A DNA stretch of 64,000 bases from contig JBDRRP010000129.1 of assembly GCA_043825735.1 (NCBI GenBank), positions 1 to 64,000 on the forward strand, written 5' to 3'. Below, one piece after another: positions 1 to 10,153 of this stretch. The DNA is from Pseudomonadota bacterium (GTDB taxonomy: Bacteria > Desulfobacterota > Desulfobacteria > Desulfobacterales > JBDRRP01). Made by a program: the position numbers and the translations under genes. Under the pieces are notes generated by a model, which was given only the letters and a program-made list of their open reading frames with translations, had not been told where the DNA came from and searched no databases. Numbering within the stretch: the stretch's first letter is position 1; each line of letters starts with the position of its first letter.

Positions 1-150
1 TTAGGGGGCGTTATAGAACAACTGAAAGGCGAAGTCTAGATTTATTTATTGTGCTGAAAAAACAGGATATCGCGCCATATATGAGCTCGTGGCCTCTTGC
101 CTTGAAAACTTTTTCCTGAACGTGCGAAATGTAAGTTAAAAAGCGGTATT

Positions 151-725
151 TCACCGCAGAGGCGCAGAGGGCGCAGAGTACGGCAAATCAAGAACTGCGA
201 TGGTATATAAAAAATGAACTTCCAACTCGCCTGAGGCGAGCAAGCACTTGTCCGCCTCAGGCGGATCGAACGTTGAACGCTGAACATCGAATGAAAGCCA
301 GTACTCTCGCTAAGACGCCGTTCGACAGGCTCACGGCCCTGAGCGAAGTCGAAGGGCAAAGCGCGCAAAGAACTGCAAGTCTGCTGAAACCCAGAAAATC
401 AACCATCTTTTCTGACATCGATTGCTGTCACCTAATGTAAACGCGAATTCGCGCCGCCGGCGTTTCCACCCTGATTTTCTTGGCGTTCTTAGCGCCTTGG
501 CGAGAGGATCTCTATCTGGTTTTTTCATTCATCATTCGACGTTGGACGTTCGATGTTCGATGTTCGTTTTCCTCTGCGTCTCAGCGCCCCTGCGCGAGAA
601 ATCTCTTTGGTTTTCTTGGCGTTCTTGGCGTCTTTGCGCGAGTAATCGGTTTTCGCTGTTTCTGTCATCCCGGCAAAAGGCCGGGATCCAGGCAACAGCA
701 AAAGCCTTTCTGGATACAGGCCGTC
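151..725. repeat. Composite intergenic repeat block (GCGCAGAG doublets, 78-bp element 216-293, TTCGAC...GTCGAAGGG cassette ~319-357, ~155-bp element 520-674, GTCATCCCGGC hairpin)
   Basis: 216-293 nearly identical to 13659-13736 and to the reverse complement of 2830-2907; 520-674 nearly identical to 13779-13918 and to the reverse complement of 2617-2747. Confidence 0.9.
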
Positions 726-729
726 GCCG

Positions 730-1056
730 TCAGTGCTCTGCCTTGGCGACGGTGGCTTCCGGCGCGGTTTCTTCCAGCCCCTTGCAGGAGTAGTAAATCG
801 CGCGGCCGCCGGCGAACTTGGCGTGGATGTGCCGATCGCCGTCCGCCCAGGTGTATTCCTGGATGCCAAAGCGGCTGGAGTGATGCGGCGTGCTGCCCAG
901 GATTTCGGTCACCGCATCGAAGGTCATGCCCATCTCCAGCTTATCGTAGTTTTCCTTGGTAACGGTGCTCGGGGCCGGGACAGCGCAGGCCGAGATCATC
1001 GCCACCATGGCCAGAAGCGCCAGCACTACCGCGGTTTTTCCAAATCGTCGATGCAT
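730..1056 (-). CDS. Small lipoprotein, BamE/SmpA- or DUF3862-like
   Basis: Signal peptide with lipobox ISAC; YDKLEMGMTFDAVTEILG pattern; GGAG RBS; follows the flavoprotein gene on the same strand. Confidence 0.7.
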   Translation of the reverse strand: MHRRFGKTAVVLALLAMVAMISACAVPAPSTVTKENYDKLEMGMTFDAVTEILGSTPHHSSRFGIQEYTWADGDRHIHAKFAGGRAIYYSCKGLEETAPEATVAKAEH

Positions 1057-1089
1057 CGTTTTCTCCGTTGAGTTGGTTGTGTTTAAAGA

Positions 1090-2430
1090 CTACAGTTTTT
1101 TCATGAGCTGGTTGGCCGCCACCAGCAGCGGGTCCCACACCGGCCCGAAGGGCGGGGCGTAGGCCAGATCGCTCTGGGCAAAGGCCGCCACGGTCATCTT
1201 CGCATGCAGCGCCACCGCCGCGGCATTGATCCGGTGCGCAGCGCCTTCCTTGCCCACTATCTGGGCGCCCAGAATACGACCGGTGCCCCGATCGCCCACG
1301 ATGTGGACGTGAATATCCACCGCCCCGGGGTGGGCATGGGCCCTTGAGCGGGTCGTGATGGTTGCCGTGGCCGAATCGAAACCGGCACCGGCCGCCTCGG
1401 CGGCAGTGAGCCCCGTGCGTGCCACCTCCAAATCGAATACCTTGAAGACCGCCGTGCCCGCAACCCCTTCCAGCCGGGTCAGCTCGCCGCTGACGGTGTC
1501 GGCCACCGCCCAGCCGGCCCGATTGGCCCTGAGCGCCAGGGGAATCCAGACCCGCTGGCCCGTGACCACGTGAAACGCGTCGGCGCAATCGCCGGCAGCA
1601 TAAATGGCCGGGTCCGAGGTCATGAGGTCTTCGCCCACGGCGATCGCACCGGACGGCCCCAGGGCGAGGCCCGCATCGGCGGCCAGCGCGCTGTTGGGCG
1701 CCACCCCCACGGCCGCGATCACCAGATCGGCATCGATGGCCCCCTGCTCGGTGTCCAGACGCAGGGCGTCCCCCTCACGACGGATGGCGGTAAGGACCGT
1801 TCCGGCATGAAGACCCACCCCATGGGTCTCCAGTTCCTGCCTGACGGCATCGGCCAGTTGGCGGTCCATCCAGGGGAGCAGGTCCGGCCCCGGCTTGACC
1901 ATGACCACGGCGATGCCCCGCGCTGCGAGCGCCTCGCACATTTCCAGAGCGATGTAGCCCATGCCGAGAATCGCCACCCGCCGCACCGTCCCCCGGGCGA
2001 GGGCATTTTTGATGGCCCGGCCGTCTGCCAGGCTTTTGAGCACCATCACCTCGGGCAGATCGATCCCGGTAAGCGCCGGTCGCACGGGGCTGGCACCGGT
2101 GGCGATGAGCAGCCGGTCGTATTCCGCTGAAAAAACGCTGCCATCCACCCGGGTGCCCTGGACGATGCGCCGGCCGGGGTCAATGCGGGTGACGGTGTGG
2201 CCGGTTAAAAGATCGATCCCCTGTTTGGCGCGAAACGCCTCGGCGGTGCGCACCACCAGATCATTCATGTCGCGGTGGGGCTCGGCAATGTTGTAGGGCA
2301 TGCCGCAGGCGCTGTAGGAAACGTCCTGCGAGCGTTCGAACACGGTCACCGCCATGTCCGGAGACCGCCGCTTCGCGCGGCTGGCGGCACTCATACCGGC
2401 GGCATCTGCGCCGATGACGACAAATTGCAT
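1090..2430 (-). CDS. FAD-dependent pyridine nucleotide-disulfide oxidoreductase (CoA-disulfide reductase / NADH oxidase family)
   Basis: MQFVVIGADAAGMSAA Rossmann start, SYSACGMPY active-site Cys, GMGYIALE NAD(P)H motif, AAGDC, DLAYAPPF C-terminus; GGAG RBS before ATG 2430. Confidence 0.92.
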   Translation of the reverse strand: MQFVVIGADAAGMSAASRAKRRSPDMAVTVFERSQDVSYSACGMPYNIAEPHRDMNDLVVRTAEAFRAKQGIDLLTGHTVTRIDPGRRIVQGTRVDGSVFSAEYDRLLIATGASPVRPALTGIDLPEVMVLKSLADGRAIKNALARGTVRRVAILGMGYIALEMCEALAARGIAVVMVKPGPDLLPWMDRQLADAVRQELETHGVGLHAGTVLTAIRREGDALRLDTEQGAIDADLVIAAVGVAPNSALAADAGLALGPSGAIAVGEDLMTSDPAIYAAGDCADAFHVVTGQRVWIPLALRANRAGWAVADTVSGELTRLEGVAGTAVFKVFDLEVARTGLTAAEAAGAGFDSATATITTRSRAHAHPGAVDIHVHIVGDRGTGRILGAQIVGKEGAAHRINAAAVALHAKMTVAAFAQSDLAYAPPFGPVWDPLLVAANQLMKKL

Positions 2431-2526
2431 GGCAGGCTCCTGTAAGGAAAGGGCGCACGGCGCGGGGCGGCCCGCACAATGGGCCGGCGCGCTGACCGCA
2501 CCGTTTGACAGGACATGGTGAAGCCA

Positions 2527-2555
2527 ATAGTATGCGGATTCGTTTCCTTTTTCAA
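2527..2555 (-). promoter_or_regulatory. Putative sigma70 promoter of the oxidoreductase gene
   Basis: TTGAAA-17 nt-TACTAT on the minus strand. Confidence 0.55.
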
Positions 2556-2569
2556 GGGAGGTGGCGGCG

Positions 2570-3200
2570 TAGCGCAAAGGCTTCGTGAAGGCTAAGGCTT
2601 CGGCGGACAGGCCGCAGGGATGACAGAAAAGGCGAAAACCGATTTCTCGCGCCAAGACGCAAAGAACGCAAAGAAAACCAAAAAGATTTCTCGCGCAGGG
2701 GCGCTGAGGCGCAGAGAAAAGCGAACGTTGTATGATGAATGAAAAAACAAACGGCGAAACGCTGCTTGCCTTAGAAACGCTTCGCTTAGGGTTCCAGACG
2801 AAAACCCGCGTGGCTGTCGATGGGTTTGCCATTCGATGTTCAGCGTTCAACGTTCGATCCGCCTGAGGCGGACAAGTGCTTGCTCGCCTCAGGCGAGTTG
2901 GACGTTCATCTTTTAATTCTTGATTCGCCGTACTCTGCGTCCCAGCGCCTCTGCGCGAGATTATGGTTTTTTAGGTTTCTGACTGCAAGGCCACCAATCC
3001 GCCTAACCGGTGTCGCTTTCTAAGCCGTGAAGGCGCAATCTGTAGATGGAAAAAAGCTACTACCGTCATGCCTGATCCGGCATCCAGAAGGGTTTGCAGC
3101 ATTCCTGGATCCCGGCCTTCGCCGGGATGATTGATATTAAATAATTTTTTCTTGGCGCGCTTGGCGTCTTTGCGAGAAAATTGCTTTTTTACGAATCAGT
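2570..3200. repeat. Composite intergenic repeat block
   Basis: 2617-2747 and 2830-2907 are inverted copies of elements at 520-674 and 216-293; 2767-2975 homologous to 29308-29480; REP-like GGATCCCGGCCTTCGCCGGGATGA at ~3106-3130. Confidence 0.9.
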
Positions 3201-3246
3201 CAACACTGGACCTTACTTTGTTATCATCTATCGACACGACTCACCC

Positions 3247-6200
3247 ATGCCCACCCTGACCCCTGAGAAAATATCAACGCTCCTGGCCCATGCCTTTCCT
3301 GCCGACCGGCGCCGTATCGGGAAAAAGCTCGCCGAGCTGCGCCGCTTGTCCGAAAACGGGGCGGCGCCCGCTACACTGGCGCAGCAACTGGCACCGCTGG
3401 AACGGCAAGCCCGGGACTCGGTCCGCCGCCGCCGCGCCCGCATCGCCGGGCGCCCGCAGCCGGTGGTCTCATCGGCGCTGCCCATCAGCGGCAAACGAGA
3501 TGAGATCATCGCCGCGATCCGGCGCCATCCGGTGGTAATCATCTCCGGGGAGACCGGCTCGGGCAAAACCACCCAGATCCCCCAGTACTGCCTGGCTGCC
3601 GGGCGCGGCATCGACGGCATCATCGGCTGCACCCAGCCCCGGCGCATCGCCGCCACCTCGGTGGCCCGGCGCATCGCCGAAGAGCTGGACGTCGCCCCCG
3701 GAACGGCCGTGGGCTACAAAATCCGGTTCCAGGAACAACTCTCGGCAGGCACCTACATCAAGATCATGACCGACGGGATCCTTTTGGCCGAAGCCCAGGG
3801 GGATCCGCGCCTGCAGCACTACGACACCCTCATCGTTGACGAAGCCCACGAGCGCAGCCTCAACATCGACTTCATCCTCGGCATCCTCAAGCGCCTCATC
3901 AACCGCCGCAAGGACCTTCGGCTCATCATCACCTCAGCCACCATCGATACGGAAAAATTCGCTGCGGCCTTCGGCGGAGCGCCGATCATCGAGGTCTCTG
4001 GTCGCATGTACCCGGTAGACGTGCGCTACATGCCCATGGGCGATGAGGACGCCGATCCCGAGGGCGGCCACGTGGAGGCGGCGGTAAAAGCGCTGGACGA
4101 TCTCATCGCCGGCAGCGCCCGGGGCGACGTACTGATTTTCATGCCCACCGAACAGGGCATCCGCGAGACCTGCGATGCGATCGCCGGGCGCCGCTATCGG
4201 CATGTGACCGTGATGCCGCTGTTCGCCCGGCTCTCGGGCGCCGACCAGGCCCGGGTTTTCGCCTCGGCTCCCGGGCGAAAGGTCATCGTGGCCACCAACA
4301 TCGCCGAAACTTCCATCACCATCCCGGGCATCCGCTACGTCATCGACACCGGTCTGGCGCGAATCAGCCAGTACATGCCCCGCTCGCGCACCACGGCCCT
4401 GCCGGTGAGCCCCATCTCCCGCAGCAGCGCCGATCAGCGCATGGGCCGCTGCGGCCGCGTTGAGGACGGGGTCTGCATCCGGCTTTACGCCGAAGACGAC
4501 TACACGGCCCGGCCCCGGTTCACACCGCCGGAAATCCTCCGGGCAAACCTGGCCGACGTGATTCTGAGGATGACCGCGCTCGGCCTCGGAGACCCGGCCG
4601 TGTTCCCGTTTATCGACCCGCCCGCAGCCCCACGTATCCGCGACGGGGTGGACCTGCTGTTGGAGCTGGGCGCCATCCAGCAGGTTCCCGCCGCGGCGGA
4701 CACCGGCCGCCGCCGGACCCGCGGCGGCCCCGGCTACCGCCTGACGGACCAGGGCCGGCTCATGGCCCAGATACCGGTGGATCCGCGTCTTTCACGGGTA
4801 ATGATCGCGGCCGGTGAATCGGGCTGTCTGCCGGAGGTGGTGATCATCGCCGCGGTGCTGAGCATCTCGGACCCCCGGGAGCGCCCGGCTGAAAAGGAAA
4901 AGGAGGCTGACGCCGCTCAGCGGGTTTTTCGCGATCCCCAGTCGGATTTCGTGACCCTGCTCAATATCTGGAAGGACTATCACCGTCACAGTGGCTCCGC
5001 AGGAACTGCGGGCCAGATGAAACGCTGGTGCCAGACGCATTTCATCAGCACCAAGCGCATGCGCGAATGGCGCGATCTGGTCCGGCAGCTTCAGGAAATC
5101 GCCGCCGACGCCGGCATGGATGCCGGAGGCCCGGCGCCGGTGGAACCGCCGGCCGCAGACAGCCCCGGCGAGCAGCCGACCTACACCGACAGGTACGCCC
5201 GCCTGCACCGCGCCCTGCTCAGCGGCTTTCTCTCCAACATCGCGCTCAAACGGGAAGGCAATCTGTACGGCGCGGCCCGGGGCAAGGAAGTCATGGTGTT
5301 TCCGGGCTCAGGGCTCTTTGGCAGCGCCCCGCGGTGGATCGTTGCCGCCGAGATGGTGGAGACGTCCCGGCTGTTTGCCAGGGTCTGCGCGGGCATCGAC
5401 CACCGGTGGCTGGAGCCCTTGGGCGGCGCACTGTGCAAAAGCACCCACCAGAACCCCCGCTGGGAGCGCAGCCGGGGCGAAGTGGTGGCCGACGAGCAGG
5501 TTACCTTGTTCGGTCTGGTCATCGTCAGCGGCCGCCGAGTGCCCTTTGGACGGCTGAACCCCGATAAAGCCACGGAAATCTTCATCAACGACGCCCTGGT
5601 GGCCGGCGACGTGCGCGAACCCCTGCCGTTCATGGTCCACAATCGGGACCTGATGGACACCTTGGAAGACATGGAGCACCGGACCCGCCGGCGCGACGTC
5701 CTCGTCACTCCCGAGGAGATGGCCGCCTTCTACCGAGACCGCCTAGACGGTGTCTGTGATCTCAGGACGCTCAAACGGATGATCCGCACCCGGGGTGAAG
5801 ACGATTTTCTGCGGATGCAGCCCGAGGACCTGTTGCGCTACCGCCCCGGTCCCGAGGAACTGGCCCGATATCCGGACCGTTTGGATGCCGGAGGGCAGTC
5901 GTTTGCCTGCAGCTACCGGTTTGATCCGGGCACTCCCGAGGACGGACTGACCGTGCACATCCCCTCGCCCCTGGCATCGGCGGTAACGCCGGAAACTCTT
6001 GAGTGGCTGGTACCCGGGCTATTGGCCGAAAAAGTCAGCGAGCTGATCCGCGGCCTTCCCAAGGCCTACCGCCGACGCCTGGTGCCGGTGACGGACCGGG
6101 TGGACACCATCTGCCGGGAAATGACACCGCGCACCGACCGGCCCCTGGCCGAAGTGCTGGGCCGCTTCATCCGGGAGCGCTTCGGCATCGACATCCCGGC

Positions 6201-7242
6201 CACTGCGTGGCAGCTGGAGCGGCTGCCCGAACACCTGAAGGCCCGGATCGCCATTTCCGGCCCGGATGGCGATGCCATCGCCGTGAGCCGCGATACGGCC
6301 GTCTTGGAGCGTCACCCCGGCACGCCGCTGCCCGAGGCCCGCCTGAGCGATTTGAAACACCGGTGGGAATGCACTGGGCTCACGCCGGAGACGTTTCCCG
6401 ACCTGCCCGAGCGCATCGCGTTACCCGCGGCCGGCGAGGGATGGGCGGTGTTTCCCGCCATCGTTGAGGAAGACGACGGCCTCGCCGTGCGCATTTTGGC
6501 CGATTCGACCCAGGCCGCTGCCGCTCACAAAACGGGCGTTCGCGCGCTCTACCGCGCATGGTTTCAAAAGGACATCGGTTTTTTGAAAAAACGCCTGCGC
6601 CTCAGCGGCCTTACCCCGGCAATGACCCGTCCCTTTGGCGGCAGTGCCGAACTGGAGCGGCGACTCGTGGACGCGGTGCTCAACCGGCTTTTTGCACGAG
6701 ACATCCGCACCGGCGAGGCTTTCCGAGCCCACGGGGAATTGGTGGCATCAACGTTCATGGACCAGGGGCAGGACCTTTTGGCGCACTGCCAGCGGGTCGT
6801 TGCAGCCCACGCCGAAACCGTTCAGGCACTCAGCGCACTGCGCCGTGCCCACGCTGGCGTGGCACCCCTCGTCGATCGGCTGGAAAACGCGCTGTCCCGC
6901 CTGGTGCCCCCACAGTTTGTCAGCCTTTATGACGCTGATCGCCTCGTGCACCTGCCCCGGTACCTGGCCGCTATGGTGATTCGCGCCCGGCGCGCTGCGG
7001 CGGACCCGGTCAAGGAGCAGCAGAAGGCCGGCGCCATCGACCGCCACGAGGACCGACTCAAGGAAATGATCGGGGATCTGACCCCAGCCACAACACCCGA
7101 AAAAAGGGCGACGGTGGAAGCCTACTTCTGGATGATCGAGGAATTCAAGGTCTCGGTATTCGCCCAGGAACTGGGCACGGCGGAAAAGGTCTCCGAAAAG
7201 CGGCTGGAACGGCTGGCGGCGGATATCCGGGGTATGATCTAA
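3247..7242 (+). CDS. hrpA: ATP-dependent RNA helicase HrpA
   Basis: GETGSGKTTQ, TQPRRIAA, DEAHERS, SAT, ATNIAETSITIPG, QRMGRCGR; HrpA-type C-terminus EEFKVSVFAQELGT; ATG 3247 preferred over TTG 3181. Confidence 0.95.
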   Translation: MPTLTPEKISTLLAHAFPADRRRIGKKLAELRRLSENGAAPATLAQQLAPLERQARDSVRRRRARIAGRPQPVVSSALPISGKRDEIIAAIRRHPVVIISGETGSGKTTQIPQYCLAAGRGIDGIIGCTQPRRIAATSVARRIAEELDVAPGTAVGYKIRFQEQLSAGTYIKIMTDGILLAEAQGDPRLQHYDTLIVDEAHERSLNIDFILGILKRLINRRKDLRLIITSATIDTEKFAAAFGGAPIIEVSGRMYPVDVRYMPMGDEDADPEGGHVEAAVKALDDLIAGSARGDVLIFMPTEQGIRETCDAIAGRRYRHVTVMPLFARLSGADQARVFASAPGRKVIVATNIAETSITIPGIRYVIDTGLARISQYMPRSRTTALPVSPISRSSADQRMGRCGRVEDGVCIRLYAEDDYTARPRFTPPEILRANLADVILRMTALGLGDPAVFPFIDPPAAPRIRDGVDLLLELGAIQQVPAAADTGRRRTRGGPGYRLTDQGRLMAQIPVDPRLSRVMIAAGESGCLPEVVIIAAVLSISDPRERPAEKEKEADAAQRVFRDPQSDFVTLLNIWKDYHRHSGSAGTAGQMKRWCQTHFISTKRMREWRDLVRQLQEIAADAGMDAGGPAPVEPPAADSPGEQPTYTDRYARLHRALLSGFLSNIALKREGNLYGAARGKEVMVFPGSGLFGSAPRWIVAAEMVETSRLFARVCAGIDHRWLEPLGGALCKSTHQNPRWERSRGEVVADEQVTLFGLVIVSGRRVPFGRLNPDKATEIFINDALVAGDVREPLPFMVHNRDLMDTLEDMEHRTRRRDVLVTPEEMAAFYRDRLDGVCDLRTLKRMIRTRGEDDFLRMQPEDLLRYRPGPEELARYPDRLDAGGQSFACSYRFDPGTPEDGLTVHIPSPLASAVTPETLEWLVPGLLAEKVSELIRGLPKAYRRRLVPVTDRVDTICREMTPRTDRPLAEVLGRFIRERFGIDIPATAWQLERLPEHLKARIAISGPDGDAIAVSRDTAVLERHPGTPLPEARLSDLKHRWECTGLTPETFPDLPERIALPAAGEGWAVFPAIVEEDDGLAVRILADSTQAAAAHKTGVRALYRAWFQKDIGFLKKRLRLSGLTPAMTRPFGGSAELERRLVDAVLNRLFARDIRTGEAFRAHGELVASTFMDQGQDLLAHCQRVVAAHAETVQALSALRRAHAGVAPLVDRLENALSRLVPPQFVSLYDADRLVHLPRYLAAMVIRARRAAADPVKEQQKAGAIDRHEDRLKEMIGDLTPATTPEKRATVEAYFWMIEEFKVSVFAQELGTAEKVSEKRLERLAADIRGMI

Positions 7243-7278
7243 AAAACCGGGTCACCGCAGCATCGCAAAAAACCATCC

Positions 7279-7700
7279 ACCACAGAGGCGCAGAGGGCGC
7301 AGAGATTACTTATCGGTAATCGGCACCGCGGGTGAAAACCAAGAATTCATGCCGGTCCCGGATCGATCAAAAAAATGACGGATCCTTGGTGCGGAAATGC
7401 CTATTGAAACACCCCTGGATCCCGGCCTTCGCCGGGATGACAAATACTTGAAAAGCGGTCCGTCATACCGGCACCCGCTTTACGTCATACCGGCGAAGGC
7501 CGGTATCCAGGGGGTTTATGTCCGTCATGCTGCGCCCCCGATCCGGCCAGCAGCTCGGCAGGACGGATAGCTGGCAACAATACCCATCGGGGCATCGGCA
7601 GGCATGTCCGGAATGTGGACGGCTTCGCCGCACAAGCTAACTTTTCGAAGATCTCAAAGGTTTCTCTGCGCCCTCTGCGCCTCTGCGGTGAATCGCCCTT
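7279..7700. repeat. Intergenic repeat block: inverted GCGCAGAG doublets enclosing REP-like GTCAT-CCGGC hairpins
   Basis: CACAGAGGCGCAGAGGGCGCAGAG (~7281) versus CTCTGCGCCCTCTGCGCCTCTGCGGTG (~7664-7690); GGATCCCGGCCTTCGCCGGGATGAC and GTCATACCGGCGAAGGCCGGTATCC at 7416-7511. Confidence 0.85.
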
Positions 7701-7731
7701 CACGCCGTTGCGGTGGACTCGCCTTTCGGGA

Positions 7732-8616
7732 TCATGCCGCACCGTAGCGCCCGGGCAGCGCCGCTATCCGGTCGGCCTCATCAAAACGCGCGCGCTTGCG
7801 GCAGCCGGCGGCGTATACCGCGCATTTTCTTTCGAGCATGGCCAGCGCGGCAGCGCGCTGGCCGGCGGTGAGCACCGCGCCGTCGAGCACCTTGCAGATG
7901 GCCTGGATGCGGTAGCGGTCCAGGGCCGGCATGCGCGAGAGCTGGTCGGGGTGCCCACCGTATTTTTCAATGAAGGCGCCCGGTAGCAGGTGGACCGGAT
8001 ACCGGAGCGAGACCCGCAGCCACAGGTCGTAGTCTTCGCAGGCCGGCAGCGACGTGTCAAAACCGCCCATCTCATCCCACAGGCCCCGGGTCATCATGAC
8101 GGCCGACGGGCTCACCAGGCACAGCGCCAGAGACGGCTCGAATATCCACCCGGAGGGCTTGCGATGGCGCTGGCCGGGGTTGACGCGCACCCCGTTTCGG
8201 ATCCAGATCTCTTCGCCCTGGCAGATCTGCACCTCGGGATGAGCCACCATGTAAGCCGCCTGACGGCTCAATTTCCCGGGCAGCCAGCGGTCGTCGGAAT
8301 CGAGAAAGGCGATGAGCGCACCGCCGGAGGCCGCCACGCCGCGGTTGCGGGCGGCGCTGACCCCCTGGTTTTCCTGACGCACCACCCGGATGGCGCCGCC
8401 GTATGCCGCCAGCACCTGCGGGGTCTCATCGGTGGAGCCGTCGTCAACAACGATCAGCTCATACCCGGTTGTGTCTTGTGCGAGCACTGAATCAATGGCC
8501 CGCCGCACCAGCGCCGCACGATTGAATACCGGAATCACCACACTGACGGGAACCGGTTCAGCTGAGGCCAGCGGCACCTCGCGCCGCCCGAGATTTTGCT
8601 TTTCTTCTTCTTTCAC
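7732..8616 (-). CDS. Glycosyltransferase family 2
   Basis: VSVVIPVFNR, IVVDDGSTD, GVSAARNRG, AFLDSDD (DXD), EDYDLWLR. Confidence 0.92.
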   Translation of the reverse strand: MKEEEKQNLGRREVPLASAEPVPVSVVIPVFNRAALVRRAIDSVLAQDTTGYELIVVDDGSTDETPQVLAAYGGAIRVVRQENQGVSAARNRGVAASGGALIAFLDSDDRWLPGKLSRQAAYMVAHPEVQICQGEEIWIRNGVRVNPGQRHRKPSGWIFEPSLALCLVSPSAVMMTRGLWDEMGGFDTSLPACEDYDLWLRVSLRYPVHLLPGAFIEKYGGHPDQLSRMPALDRYRIQAICKVLDGAVLTAGQRAAALAMLERKCAVYAAGCRKRARFDEADRIAALPGRYGAA

Positions 8617-8983
8617 GAGGATACCGACTCCTTGACCGGCCCCGCCGGGAATGGCTCCGATAACCGGACCAGCGTCTCCTTGTTGACCCGGCCGATGCAG
8701 ACGCTGGGATTATCGCGTGAAATCCGCGGGAAGTCCTGTAAGCAGGCCTTCAGCGGAGCGCCTGCAGACAGCTCAACATCTTCCGAAGGACGCGCCTATT
8801 GATTTTCGGGCTTCTAATTGGTATGGATACCGATAATTCTCATCGCAGAATCTGTTTAACATCAGCAGGCACTTTATTTCAATCCGGCGGCAGGGGAAAA
8901 AGGAATCGACACATCCCTCCGACGGACACGCGTTTGCTACCGCCACTCGTTTTTAAACGAACCAAACACCGAAGGGGGACCAC

Positions 8984-9994
8984 ATGAAAAGACTTACCGC
9001 TCTGAGTATGGCAGTACTGCTCGGATTTGCCCTGATGGCAGGTTGCGGCAGTGAAGAGCAGAAAGCATCGGCTCCGGCGGCTCCCGAAGCACCGAAAACC
9101 ACCTTTGTCACCATCGGCACTGGCGGTATCACCGGTGTTTACTACCCGACCGGCGGCGCCATCGCGAAAATCGTCAACCAGAAAAAGGACCAGTACAACC
9201 TGCGCTGCACGGTGGAGTCCACCGGCGGGTCCGTATTCAACGTCAACGCCATCATGGCCGGCGATCTTACGTTCGGCGTTGTGCAATCCGACCGCCAGTA
9301 CCAGGCCGTAAAAGGGGAAGCCGAATGGCAGGACAAGGGACCGCAGAAAGATCTGAGGGCCGTGTTCAGCATCCACCCGGAATCGGTCACCCTGGTTGCG
9401 GCAGTGGACGCAGGAATTAAAACGGTTCTCGATCTCAAGGGCAAACGCGTCAACATCGGCAATCCCGGCTCCGGTCAGCGGCAGAATGCCATCGACGCCC
9501 TGGAAGCCGTGGGTATCGACTACAACACCGATCTCAACGCCGAGAGCATCAAAGCCGCTGAAGCGCCGGGCCTGCTCCAGGACGGCCGCATCGACGCCTT
9601 CTTCTACACCGTGGGCCATCCCAGCGGCGCCATCAAGGAAGCCACCGCCGGCACCCGCAAGGTTCGGTTTGCCGCCATTACCGGTGTCGATTCGCTTATA
9701 ACTAAGTACCCCTATTACGCACTGTCGTCGATACCGGCTTCCATGTATCCGGGCGCCGTCAATGAAGGTGACGTGCCGACCTTCGGCGTGAAGGCCACTT
9801 TCGTCACCTCGGCCAAGGTGCCCGACAATATCGTCTATGCGGTCACCAAAGAGGTATTCGACAATTTCGACGAGTTCAAGTCCCTGCACCCCGCCTTCGA
9901 AGTCCTCACCAAAGAAGGCATGCTCACCGGCCTCAGTGCAGAGATTCATCCGGGCGCCATGAAGTACTTCAAGGAAGCTGGCTTGGAAAAATAG
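8984..9994 (+). CDS. TAXI-family TRAP transporter solute-binding lipoprotein
   Basis: Lipobox MAGC; IGTGGITGVYYPTGG, STGGSVFN, DLKGKRVNIGNPGSG, HPGAMKYFKE. Confidence 0.95.
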   Translation: MKRLTALSMAVLLGFALMAGCGSEEQKASAPAAPEAPKTTFVTIGTGGITGVYYPTGGAIAKIVNQKKDQYNLRCTVESTGGSVFNVNAIMAGDLTFGVVQSDRQYQAVKGEAEWQDKGPQKDLRAVFSIHPESVTLVAAVDAGIKTVLDLKGKRVNIGNPGSGQRQNAIDALEAVGIDYNTDLNAESIKAAEAPGLLQDGRIDAFFYTVGHPSGAIKEATAGTRKVRFAAITGVDSLITKYPYYALSSIPASMYPGAVNEGDVPTFGVKATFVTSAKVPDNIVYAVTKEVFDNFDEFKSLHPAFEVLTKEGMLTGLSAEIHPGAMKYFKEAGLEK

Positions 9995-10153
9995 TGGCGG
10001 CGCATTTCGTGGTATCGTTCCGGCAGGCGGTGGGGATTGCTCTCCACCGCCTGTCTCGTTTCGCCCCCTTCAGGCGCTGTCGCGATGCCGGGACCTCGCC
10101 CCCCGCCTGAAGAAACGGCACCAACCGCCACCGCATCAACGGGAGATCACTAC

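Noticed and set aside
1..39. Possible 3' end of a plus-strand gene (LGGVIEQLKGEV-stop)
   Set aside because: Too short to support at the window edge
42..962. ORFs 42..368, 331..528, 422..793, 480..962, 525..869
   Set aside because: They translate repeat sequence (for example LRPLRLCG, SASQRPCAR) that recurs in other intergenic blocks, or they shadow the lipoprotein gene
2431..2850. 140-aa N-terminal extension of the oxidoreductase in the ORF track
   Set aside because: Runs through the promoter and repeats; the Rossmann motif and RBS place the start at 2430. The same applies to extensions of amrS, rtcB, the lipase and the phosphomannomutase
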